A stretch of DNA of 59,148 bases from Octopus sinensis (Eukaryota). A program made the translations under genes and the position numbers. The first letter of the stretch is position 1. Each line of letters starts with the position of its first letter. Of the stretch, positions 1-11,326 are shown piece after piece. The DNA lies in the NCBI RefSeq assembly GCF_006345805.1, contig NW_021832992.1:1-59148 (forward strand), given 5' to 3'. The notes under the pieces were generated by a model, which saw only the letters and a program-made list of their open reading frames with translations, had not been told where the DNA came from and made no database searches.

Positions 1-15
1 ATATATATATATATC

Positions 16-61
<46 letters not shown>

Positions 62-343
62 TTTGATAGGTTTCGGCCATTATTGGCCCAGGCATGTCTA
101 ACTCAATAGCACCACCTGATACATATATATCTCTTATTATAATATATATATACATATATACATATATATATATATAATATATATATACATATATATCTCT
201 TATTATAATATATATATATATACATATATACATATATATATATATATACATATATATCTCTTATTATAATATATATATACATATATACATTTATATATAT
301 ATATATATATATCTCTTATTATAATATATAGATATACATATCA
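1..343. repeat. (TA)n microsatellite with ACATATATATCTCTTATTATAAT minisatellite units; the array resumes at 1580-1720 after the RTE insertion
   Basis: Recurring ctcttattataat unit on both sides of the RTE fragment. Confidence 0.85.
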
Positions 344-1578
344 TCATCATCATCATCATCATTTAACGTCCGCTTTCCATGCTAGCATGGGTTGGACGGT
401 TCAACTGGGGTCTGGGGAGCCCGAAAGCTGCCCAGTCCAGTCAGATCTGGCAGTGTTTCTACAGCTGGATGCCCTTCCTAACGCCAACCACCCTCCGAGA
501 GTGTAGTGGGTGATTTTATGTGCCACCGACACAGGTGCCAGACGAGGCTGGCAAACGGCCAAGCTCGGATGGTGTTTTTATGTGTGCCACCGACACAGGT
601 GCCAGACGAGGCTGGCAGATGGCCACGCTCGATGGTGTTTTTATGTGCCACCGACACAGGTGCCAGATGAGGCTGGCAAACGGCCACGATCGGATGGTGT
701 TTGTTACGTGCCCACAGCACGGAGGCCAGTCGATGCGGTACTGGCTACGGCCACGTTCGGATGGTTTTCTTGTGTGCCACGTGCCACCGGCACTGGTACC
801 ACAAAGATACAAATTCCATTGATGTTCATCTATTTTGATTTGTTTTGATTTTTCACTTGCCTCAACAGGTCTTCGGTCTTCACAAGTGTCACAAGAAGGA
901 AGGTATGCACAGGTGGACTGACTACGTCCCAGGTAGGGGTCACAGGTTATGGCCTGACTAGTCTTGCTGGGTCTTCGGATGGTGTTTTTATGTGCCACCG
1001 ACACAGGTGCCAGATGAGGCTGGCGAACGGCCACGATCGGATGGTGTTTGTTACGTGCCCACAGCACGGAGGCCAGCCGGTGCGGTACTGGCTACGGCCA
1101 CGTTCGGATGGATTTCTTGTGTGCCACCGGCACTGGTACCACAAAGATACAATTCCATTAATGTTCATCTATTTTGATTTGTTTTGATTTGATTTGATTT
1201 GATTTGTTTTGATTTCATTTTGATTTTCACTTGCCTCAACAGGCCTTCACAAGTATCACAAGGAGGAAGGTATGCACAGGTGGACTGACTACGTCCCAGG
1301 TAGGGGCCATGGGATATGGCCTGACTAGTCTTGCTGGGTCTTCGGATGGTGTTTTTATGTGCCACCGACACAGGTGCCAGATGAGGCTGGCGAACGGCCA
1401 CGATCGGATGGTGTTTGTTACGTGCCCACAGCACGGAGGCCGGTCGATGCAGAACTGGCTACGGCCACGTTCGGATGGTTCTCTTGTGTGCCACCGGCAC
1501 TGGTACCACAAAGATACAGATTCCATTGATGTTCATCTATTTTGATTTGTTTTGATTTTGATTTTGATTTTGATTTGG
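344..1578 (-). mobile_element. RTE LINE 3' UTR fragment with a tandemly triplicated ~350-370 bp ORF-end/UTR unit and (ATG)n tail
   Basis: (CAT)n at 344-362; reverse complement matches the 3' end of the RTE at ~9455-10105; unit recurs near 638, 986 and 1354. Confidence 0.9.
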
Positions 1579-1680
1579 ATATATACATATATATATATAT
1601 ACATATATATCTCTTTTTATAATATATATATATACATATATACATATATATACATATGTATCTCTTATTATAATATATAT

Positions 1681-1720
<40 letters not shown>

Positions 1721-1724
<4 letters not shown>

Positions 1725-2324
1725 TTTATAGAAGGAGCTTCTACAAAAAATTAAAATAAAATGAGGAAATATGTGTGTGTATATATGTGCATGTATACAC
1801 ATGTATATACATGTGTGTGTGTATGGGTGTGTATATTCTTTTATATATATGTGTGTAGATATATGTGTGCGTGTGCTCTCATATTGGCGTGTATGTGTAT
1901 ATATGTGTGTATATATATATGTGTGTGTGTATGTATGAGTATGTGTATGTACGTATATGTATATATATGTATGTGTGTATATATATATATATGTGTATAT
2001 ATAAGCGATAGTCTTCTTATGTACCTAAAACTCTATTCTATTCTATTTATTCATTTATCTACTTTATCACTGATTCTTTTGACTACTCCCCTAAGAAAGA
2101 CAGTTTGTGCCCTGCCTAACCCAAAAAAGTCCCCCACCACCACCCCTTTAAATCTGCCTAAATGTGTAAATGCCAAAACTATTCTTGACACCAAGCTTCC
2201 TGATGATTTCATTTGAATGAAACAGTTCTAGTCCTGTAGAAGCTCCTTCTATAAAATATATTAATTTACTCTGCTATGTATTGAGTACCTTATTTACTGT
2301 GGTTAACCCCGACTCAACCGGGAC

Positions 2325-2330
<6 letters not shown>
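1721..2330 (+). mobile_element. Penelope-type terminal fragment in (TA)n with hammerhead and inverted 5' tail
   Basis: Hammerhead at 2194-2244; 1722-1745 is the reverse complement of 2235-2258; (TA)n flanks. Confidence 0.65.
2194..2244 (+). ncRNA. Type I hammerhead ribozyme motif
   Basis: AGCTTC-CTGATGA-tTTCatttGAAt-GAAA-CAG(ttctagtc)CTG-TA^-GAAGCT; stems I and III pair, stem II is weak. Confidence 0.8.
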
Positions 2331-2381
<51 letters not shown>

Positions 2382-2384
<3 letters not shown>

Positions 2385-2915
2385 AGTCAAATTGCGATAA
2401 AATAAAATTAATTATTATCGCTGGTATTTCTAGCACAAGCCATATATTATTCATATATCAGTACATTAAGGCGAAATATGTAGAAACACAGAAGCTAGAT
2501 AAATTTAGTGAAATGAAAATAAAAACATTTACTAACTCGGTTCCTCTTAGACTGCAGTTTCGTTCTTTTCAGCAATAAAGATAATTTATTTGCTCAGGGA
2601 GAATTCATCGGTAAGAGCCCTGTTGTTCTGAGATCCTAACTCACTAGAAGCATGTGCTTCTAATGATTTGCTCTCTCTAACTAATCAGATCACTGCGCAG
2701 ACTCAGAACGTCCCGACATAACTAGGGATTTCTGGTATTGTCTAACGCTCAAAATTTATCGAGAATATTGTAAACAAGTCAAATTGCGATAAAATAAAAT
2801 TAATTATTATCGCTGGTATTTCTAGCACAAGCCATATATTATTCATATATCAGTACATTAAGGCGAAATATGTGCTAGAAACACAGAAGCTAGATAAATT
2901 TAGTGAATTTAGTGA
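2382..2915 (-). mobile_element. Retrozyme-like or Penelope-derived unit: ~392-bp monomer plus ~130-bp terminal direct repeat, with hammerhead
   Basis: gtcaaattgcgataaaataaaatt... at 2386 and 2778; hammerhead between the repeats; (TA)n flanks. Confidence 0.7.
2544..2617 (-). ncRNA. Type I hammerhead ribozyme motif (CCGAUGA core variant)
   Basis: Minus strand: CTCTTA-CCGATGA-(long stem II)-GAAAC-TGCA-GTC^-TAAGAG. Confidence 0.8.
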
Positions 2916-3119
2916 ATATATATATATATATATATTTAAAAAAGGAGATGTGAAACACGAGTTGTGATATATAAAAAAGGAAATGAAGAAAATGCTGACA
3001 AAATAATTTAAGTAATTTAATTAGGTGAAAGTTATTTTTACCGGTTGCGCATTTGTTATGCTTATCAAAAGATAGGATTTTTTCCTCTTATCTCTATATA
3101 TATAGAGATTTTTTCTTCT

Positions 3120-3121
3120 TA

Positions 3122-3156
<35 letters not shown>

Positions 3157-3805
3157 GTAATATATATATATATATATATATATGTATATGTATATATATA
3201 TGTATATATATGTATATGTATATTATATATGTATATATATTATATGTATATATATATATATATGTATATGTATATATATATGTATATATATATATATGTA
3301 TATGTATATATATGTTATATATATATATGTATATGTATATATATATAGTATATGTTATATATATATATATATGTATGTATATATATATATATATATATAT
3401 AGGTATGTATATATATGTATATGTTATATATGTATATGTATATATATATAATATATGTATGTATATATATATGTATAATATATATAATGTATGTATATAT
3501 ATATGTATGTATATTATATGTATGTATAATATTATGTATATATATATGTATGTATATATGTATGTATATATTATGTATGTATATATATATGTATGTATAT
3601 ATAATGTATGTATATATATGTATATATATATGTATGTATATATATATATGTATATATATAATAGGTATATATATTATATGTATGTATATATATATGTATG
3701 TATATATATATGTATGTATATAATATATATATATATATATGTGTATATATAATGTATATATATATGTATATATATGTATATATGTTTATATATATATATA
3801 TGGGT
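3120..3805. repeat. (TA)n/(TATG)n microsatellite
   Basis: Direct inspection; source of spurious Y/I/M/C ORFs. Confidence 0.95.
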
Positions 3806-3830
3806 GTGTGTGATTGTGTATAGAAGAATA

Positions 3831-3951
3831 TATTAATAAGAGGAATTCCAACCTTGTCTGATTTTCACGTTTTATTTACAATCTTATAATGATATATTAT
3901 AAGATTGTAAATAAAACGTGAAAATCAGACAAGTTTGAATTCCTATTATTA

Positions 3952-3953
<2 letters not shown>
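3831..3953. repeat. Near-perfect inverted repeat, ~60-bp arms
   Basis: cttgtctgattttcacgttttatttacaatcttataat / attataagattgtaaataaaacgtgaaaatcagacaag. Confidence 0.9.
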
Positions 3954-3990
<37 letters not shown>

Positions 3991-4024
3991 ATAATTGTTT
4001 AAAACTCGCCAAGAAAAATTTGAA

Positions 4025-4087
4025 CCACCTGATGAATGACTGTGACTGAAAAATTTAAAGACAGCAGGCAGGAAACGATCGTAGTGG
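4025..4087 (+). ncRNA. Minimal type I hammerhead ribozyme motif in a short element (~3992-4210) within (TA)n
   Basis: CCAC-CTGATGA-...-GAAAC-GATC-GTA^-GTGG; the element's 3' end tatgtattggctta...tctctaatttaatata recurs at 11225-11292. Confidence 0.75.
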
Positions 4088-4210
4088 ATATTAATTATAT
4101 CTTTTAATAATTGTTACATATTTAATAATATAAATTAATCATATGTATTGGCTTAAGTCTTTCATGTTTGATTTGCCTAATAGTGGTTTTGTCTCTAATT
4201 TAATATAATA

Positions 4211-4369
4211 TAATATATACATATATATATACATATATATATATACATTTAATTATATATATATATTATTATATATATATATATATATATACATTTATAT
4301 ACATTTATATATATATATACATTTATTTATATATATATATATATAACATATATATATATATACATTTAT

Positions 4370-4402
<33 letters not shown>

Positions 4403-4490
4403 GATATATAATATATACATTTATTTATTTATATATATTATATATACATTTATTTATTTATATATACATTTATTTATTTATATATATATA

Positions 4491-4546
<56 letters not shown>

Positions 4547-5842
4547 TCTATATATACATATATATATATATATACATATTATATATATACATTTATATAT
4601 ATATATATATACATTTATATATAATTATATATACATTTCATTATATATATATATATATACTTTATATATATATATATATACATTTATATATATATATATA
4701 TACATTTATATATATATATATATATATTCATTTATATATATATATATATTATACATTTACTATTATATATATACATTTATATATATATATATATACATTT
4801 ATTATATATATATATATACATTTATGTATATATATATATACATTTATTATGTCTATATATATATACATTTATATATGTAATATATATAACATTATATATG
4901 TATATCTATATATATATATATATATATATATACATTTATATATGTATATATATATATATATATACATTATATATGTATATATATATAATATATATACATT
5001 ATATATATATATATACATTTATGTATAATATATATATATACATTTATATATGTATATATATATACATTTATATATGTATAATATATATATATATATATAC
5101 ATTTATGTATATATATAATATACATTTATATATAGTTATCTATATATAATATAATATACATTTATGTATATATATATATATATACATTTATATATGTATA
5201 TATCTATACATTGATATATGTATATATATATATATATATATACATTTATGTATATATATATATATATACATTTATATATGTATATATATATATACATTTA
5301 TGTATATATATATATATACATTTATTATCTATGTTATATATATATATACATTTATGTATATATATATATATTACATTATGGATAATATATATATTATATA
5401 TACATTTATATATGTAATATATATATATATATATACATTTATATATGTATATATATATATATACATTTATATATGTATATATAATATATATATATACATT
5501 TATATATGTATATATATATATTTACATTTATTTATATATGTATATATATATATATTTACATTTATTTATATATGTATATATATATATTTACATTTATTTA
5601 TATATGTATTATATATATATATTTACATTTATTTATATATGTATATATATATATTTACATTTATTTATATATGTATATATATATATATTTACATTTATTT
5701 ATATATGTATATATATATATTTACATTTATTTATATATGTATATATATATATTTACATTTATTTATATATGTATATATATATATTTACATTTATTTATAT
5801 ATGTATATATATATATATTTACATTTATAAATATATATATAT
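4211..5842. repeat. (TA)n with TACATTTA minisatellite-like units
   Basis: Direct inspection. Confidence 0.95.
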
Positions 5843-6323
5843 GAAATATCTAAAGAAGAAATACGCACAGATCATGAATGGTTAAAGTTAAGTAATTCTT
5901 CTTTCAGCCTCGCTTTCTCTACCTTCTATCTTTGCACGTATCATCATTATTCTTTCACTATTCTTCGATTACTCTCTCATTATATTGTTCTTTCAGTACT
6001 CTCTCATTATACTATTCTTTCTCTCTTTCTTTCAGTATTCTCTCATTACTCTGTCTAGCTCAAACATGTTTTTCGTTTAGTCTTGTCTCCCAGTTCATAG
6101 CCACTTATCTTTCCCCTAAAAATCTCATTTTCTCCGCTTTTTCAAACCTGCTTCCTTGCTCACACGATTAACAGAATCTCTTCCTAGTTTATGGTGCACC
6201 CGCCCTCCCACCCCATCCACACACATGCCGGAAGTTCCTATTCTTTGCCATCCCGGGGTTGCTTCCCATGAAGACTGCAAATGCTCTTTCACCATCCCTA
6301 CCCCTAGTCTCGGCCTAGGTAAG

Positions 6324-6432
6324 GTAATGTTCATACAGTGCAAAATATGAAAGGCTAGTTTTATGCAAGTTGTACTGAAGGCTACTGTATTACTTGCACA
6401 TGAATTCTGCCAAATGCAAGCTTTCTTTTCAG
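6324..6432 (+). other. Putative spliceosomal intron in the RTE 5' region
   Basis: Donors TAG|GTAAGG (6319) and AAG|GTAATG (6324); acceptor ctttcttttcAG (6432); homologous sites at 19654/19659-19750. Confidence 0.5.
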
Positions 6433-6440
6433 GTACATGA

Positions 6441-9400
6441 AACTACTGTCCACGTCCCAGGGTCTCTAGGGCCCATGCCTCCCACACCCTCAGGGTTGGC
6501 ACACTGAAAGGTAGGTCTGGCGAGATAGTCGAGATGCTTGAACGGAGATGTGTGGATATATGTTGCATGCAAGAAATAAGGTGGAGAGGAGGATCTGCTA
6601 GGTTCCTCACAGGCAAGGAACGCAGGTACAAGATTTTCTGGGCAGGGAACACTGACGGTGTTGGTGGCGTGGGTATACTTATTGCTGAGAAATGGGTAGA
6701 TAAAGTAATTGAGGTAATCAGAGTATGTGACAGAATACTTAAGATTAGATTAGTGCTTCATCATAGTTTAGCAATCATTATATCAGCCTATGCTTCTCAG
6801 TCGGGGCTACCCGATGGACAGAAAGACCGATTCTATGACACTCTACTGCAGACTACCTTGTTGACGAACGACAGAGACCTTCTCTTTGTGGCTCGTGACT
6901 TTAATGGTCATGTTGGACGACATGCTGGGGGCTTCCATGGCTATGGTTCCCGCAACGAGGAGGGAACCAGGCTGCTGGAGTTCTGTGATGCAAATAATCT
7001 TATGATTTGCAACACTAACTTCAGGAAATCTACCAGCCACCTAGTCACCTACAGATTGGGCCAACATACCTGCCAAATTGACAACATCCTTGCCAGGCAA
7101 AGGGAGAGATGGCTGCTTATAAATGCCAAAACCTTCCCAGGCGAAGAATGTACCCCACAACATAGACTGGTAGTTAGTGACTTTAGGATCAGGACTAGGA
7201 GGACAACCAGAAGACGACCAACATGGAGAAGAAGGATCTGGAAGCTTAAAGATCCTGCGAATGGACAGAGATTTAGGGACATGCTACTTGAAGCCTTTGA
7301 CGAAGTAGAAGGGGATAGAGTATCACATGGGGTAGAAGGCAACTGGACGTTTCTAAGGGACAACCTGCTGAGAGCCACTGACCAGATCTGTGGCTGGTGC
7401 AAAGTCCCCTCTCGTCCCAAGGTAACGTGGTGGTGGAACAGTGTTGTAGACAGGGCTATTAGAGAAAAGAGACAGACTTGGAAGCACTGGAAGAATGGTG
7501 GTAGCAGGGAATTGTATCAAACTGCCAAAAGAGAAGCTAAGAGACAGGTCTATCTAGCCAGAGGGGAAGCAGATAAGAAAAAATTTGCCAATGTTCTGCG
7601 CCGTGAGGACCAAAGACTGGAGGTGTTTCGCATTGCAAGACAGTGTGTGAGAGAGAATTGTGATGTGGTAGGAGAGAAGTGTGTTCGCATGGAAGATGGT
7701 TCACTTGCGCTAAATGAGGATGCAAAGAGAGAGGTTTGGAGAGGCCACTATGAAAGGTTGCTGAATAAAGAAAATGAATGGGATAAAGAGAGTCTGCCGA
7801 ATGTTGACCCGACAGAGGGACCAGCTATCCGAGTTGATAGTTCCTTGGTGGTTAAGGCAATTAGAAGCATGAAGATAGGGAAACCCCCAGGCCCATCAGG
7901 AATCACTGCAGAGATGCTCAAAATATCTGGTAGTATCGGCTATAGCCTAGTCACCCGTATAGTTAATCAGGTGATACACGAAGGAGTCATACCCAATGAC
8001 TGGTGTAGTCAACTGCTACAAAGGTAAAGGTGACGCCCTAGATACAAATAATTACAGAGGTATCAAGCTGTTGGATCAGGTGATGAAGGTTACGGAGAGG
8101 GTCATAGCCCAACTAATTAGAGAGAGAGTTAGTTTAGATGAGATGCAGTTTGGGTTCATGCCAGGGAAAAGTACCACTGATGCTATATTCCTGGTAAGGC
8201 AGCTGCAGGAGAAATACCTAGCCAAATATAAGCCCCTGTACCTGGCTTTTGTTGACATGGAGAAAGCCTTTGACAGGGTCCCCCGATCCCTTATCTGGTG
8301 GTCAGTGAGGAAACTAGGGATAGATGAATGGTTAGTGAGAGCTGTGCGAGACATGTACAGGGACGCTGCTAGTAAGGTGAGGGTTGGCAACGAGTACAGT
8401 GAAGAATTCTGGGTAGAGGTAGGGGTCCACCAAGGCTCAGTCCTCAGTACCCTCCTATTTATCATAGTCCTCCAGGCAATAACGGAGGAATTCAAGACAG
8501 GATGCCCTTGGGAGCTCCTCTATGCTGATGACCTTGCTCTAATTGCTGAGTCACTGTCAGAACTGGAGGAGAAGTTTCAGGTGTGGAAACAAGGATTAGA
8601 ATCTAAGGGCCTTAGAATCAATCTAGCTAAAACCAAGGTCGTAATCAGTAGGAAGGTAGACAAATCACAAACGCCTTCAGGTAGATGGCCCTGCTCGATC
8701 TGTAGAAAAGGTGTAGGTAGAAACTCTATAAGATGCACCAAGTGTAAGCTATGGACACATGAGAGGTGCAGCAATGTCAAAGGAAGGCTAACTAGGAAGA
8801 TGGTTTTTGTCTGTGGCAGATGCTCAGGAACAATAAACACTGAAAATGCTCTGAGACCAACCTCTGTCACTTTCCAGGGAGAAAAACTAGAAATAGTTGA
8901 TAGCTTCCGTTACCTAGGTGACCAAGTCAGCAGTGGGGGCGGGCGTGCTGAAAGTGTAACTGCTAGAGTAAGAATAGCTTGGGAAAAGTTCAGAGAGCTC
9001 TTACCTCTGCTGGTGACAAAAGGCCTCTCGCTCAGAGTAAAAGGCAGACTGTGTGACGGGTGTGTACGAACAGCCATGCTACATGGAAGTGAAACATGGG
9101 CCGTGACTGCTGAGGATATGCGTAAGCTCGCAAGAAATGAAGCCAGTATGCTCCGATGGATGTGTAATGTCAGTACTCATACTCGACAGAGTGTAAGTAC
9201 CTTGAGAGAAAAGCTGGACCTAAGAAGCATCAGTTGTGGTGTGCAAGAGAGACGTTTGCGCTGGTATGGGCATGTGGCGAGAATGGATGAAGATAGTTGT
9301 GTGAAACAGTGCCACACCCTAGCGGTTGAGGGAACCTGTGGAAGAGGCAGACCCAGGAAAACCTGGGACGAGGTGGTGAAGCACGACCTTCGAACTTTAG

Positions 9401-9477
9401 GTCTCACTGAGGAAATGACTAGAGACCGAGACCTCTGGAAGTATGCTGTGCGCGAGAAGACCCGGCAAGACAAGTGA
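6441..9477 (+). pseudogene. RTE endonuclease-reverse transcriptase ORF, frameshifted at ~8008 by an 11-nt deletion
   Basis: ORFs 6534-8027 and 7996-9477; copy 3 retains cagcatactag at this site. Confidence 0.9.
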
Positions 9478-10139
9478 GACCATAACCCGTTGGTCTTCTA
9501 CATGGGATGTAGCCAGCCCACTTATGCATACCTTCCCTTCTTGGGACACAAAACTCTACTTGTGAAGACCTGTTGAGGCAAGTGAGGATCAGAATCGAAA
9601 TCGATCAATGGAAATTGCAGCTGAGTTACCAGTGCCGGTGGCATGTAAGAGAACCATCCGAATGTGGCCATTGCCAGCGCCGCCCAGACTGGCCTGGTGC
9701 CGGTGGCACGTAAAAAGCACCATCCGTTCGTGGCCATTGCCAGTCTCGCCTGGCCCCCGTGCCGGTGGCACATAAAAAAGCACCATCCATTCGTGGCCGT
9801 TTGCCAGACTCGTCTGGCACCACCATCTGTTCATGGCCATTGCCAGCGCCGCCCCGACTGGCCTCGTGTCGGTGGCACGTAAAAAGCACCATCCATCCGT
9901 GGCCGTTTGCCAGCTCCGTCTGGCCCCTGTGCGGGTGGCACATAAAAAGCACCCACTACACTCACGGTATGGTTGGCGTTAGGAAGGGCATCCAGCCGTA
10001 GAAACACTGCCAGATCAGACTGGGCCTGATGCAGCCTTCTGGCTTCCCAGACCCCAGTTGAACCGTCCAACCCATGCTAGCATGGAAAGCAGACGCTAAA
10101 TGATGAAATGAAATGAAAATATATGAGTTTCTATAAGTT

Positions 10140-11289
10140 AGATTCATGTATATACATGTATTAATAGCATTAATTGTAGTTTTAAATTTCTTATAATTAT
10201 TATTTTAAGTTATATATTGTCTTTTTAAATTGTTATTTGCTAGTTACATTATTCCCATTGATAAATATATTTATAGTATTTATTTGTTACTATATAACTA
10301 CAAATTGATTATTTCTTTAAGTACTTTAAAGATAAGATTTTTGAAAGTTATTATTTAGCCAAAGAGATAAAGATAGTTAATTTACTATAGCGTTCGTTTA
10401 AGATGGTTTGTTTGTATTTTTGAAATTAGCTATTTCATCTTTAAATATGAAAAATTCATTTATTAGGTCTTTATTATATGTGCATATATTTATTTATAGA
10501 GATTAATTAGATCTTAATTATATATTTATATACATATATATATTTTCATTGATAATTTATATATTATTTAAATTTTATATTTTAATAATATGAATAATCA
10601 TTTTTTTTTGTAAAATATTTATGTAAATAGATATTGACTATTACTGATATTAGATTATTGGTGGGTTTCTTACCTTAAAAATTAAAATTAATATTTAACA
10701 TTATAATCATTGTTTTGACATAATCATAATCGTTAAGTTTCTAGTTTGATAATAGAGTTTTTTATAAGAAAATTTATTATATTATTTATTTCTTAAAAAA
10801 ATTGTTTAAATATTTTTGATTATTTATTAAAATATTACAATTAACCTGAAGATTGACTGTAGCCATAACTCGAATTATTAATTGAATTAAAATTATTGTT
10901 ATCCGAATTGGTCACGGGCATGAAACGATCGTGGTGTTTTTACTCTTTATCTTATTAAACTTTTAATGCTTTTTGATAGTTTATAAAAAAATAAATAAAT
11001 AAATAAATATAAAAATATAAAAATATAAAAAATATAAAAATAAAAAAAATATTAATAAAAATAAAATAATAAATAAATAATTAAATAAAATAATAAATAT
11101 ATATATATTTATAATTTTTTAAGTTTAATTATTAATTTAAATAATTTTTAAAATTTTAACTTTAATTTCAATATTTTAATTGGATTTTTATATTTTTTAT
11201 ATATTTTTTAATTAATTTTATTTCTATGTATTGGCTTATGATTTTCACTGTTTGATTTGCCTAGTAGTGGTTTTATCTCTAATTTAATA

Positions 11290-11295
<6 letters not shown>
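10140..11295 (+). mobile_element. AT-rich Penelope-type terminal fragment with decayed hammerhead at ~10843-10937
   Basis: CTGAAGA (10846)...GAAAC-GATC-GTG; 3' end matches 4143-4210; ends at (TA)n. Confidence 0.55.

Positions 11296-11323
<28 letters not shown>

Positions 11324-11326
<3 letters not shown>

Larger units (their letters stand above)
6170..10116 (+). mobile_element. Near full-length RTE-clade LINE (copy 1); 5' boundary approximate
   Basis: APE endonuclease (LRVGT..QEIRW, DFNGHVG, QHRLVV), RT (YRGIKLL, FVDMEKAFDRV, GVHQGSVLS, YADD), C-terminal RWYGHVARM, repeat-containing 3' UTR, ATG-type tail. Confidence 0.95.

Noticed and set aside
61-120. Hammerhead remnant on the minus strand (ggccaataatggcc-gaaac); similar weak cases near 27880 and 35100
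   Set aside because: CUGANGA core and stem I cannot be established
3045-5885. Long Y/I/M/C-rich ORFs (also 49677-54316)
   Set aside because: Translations of (TA)n/(TG)n microsatellites
7996-8027. Programmed frameshift or two-ORF organisation in the RTE
   Set aside because: Copies 2 and 3 read through in frame; copy 1 has an 11-nt deletion
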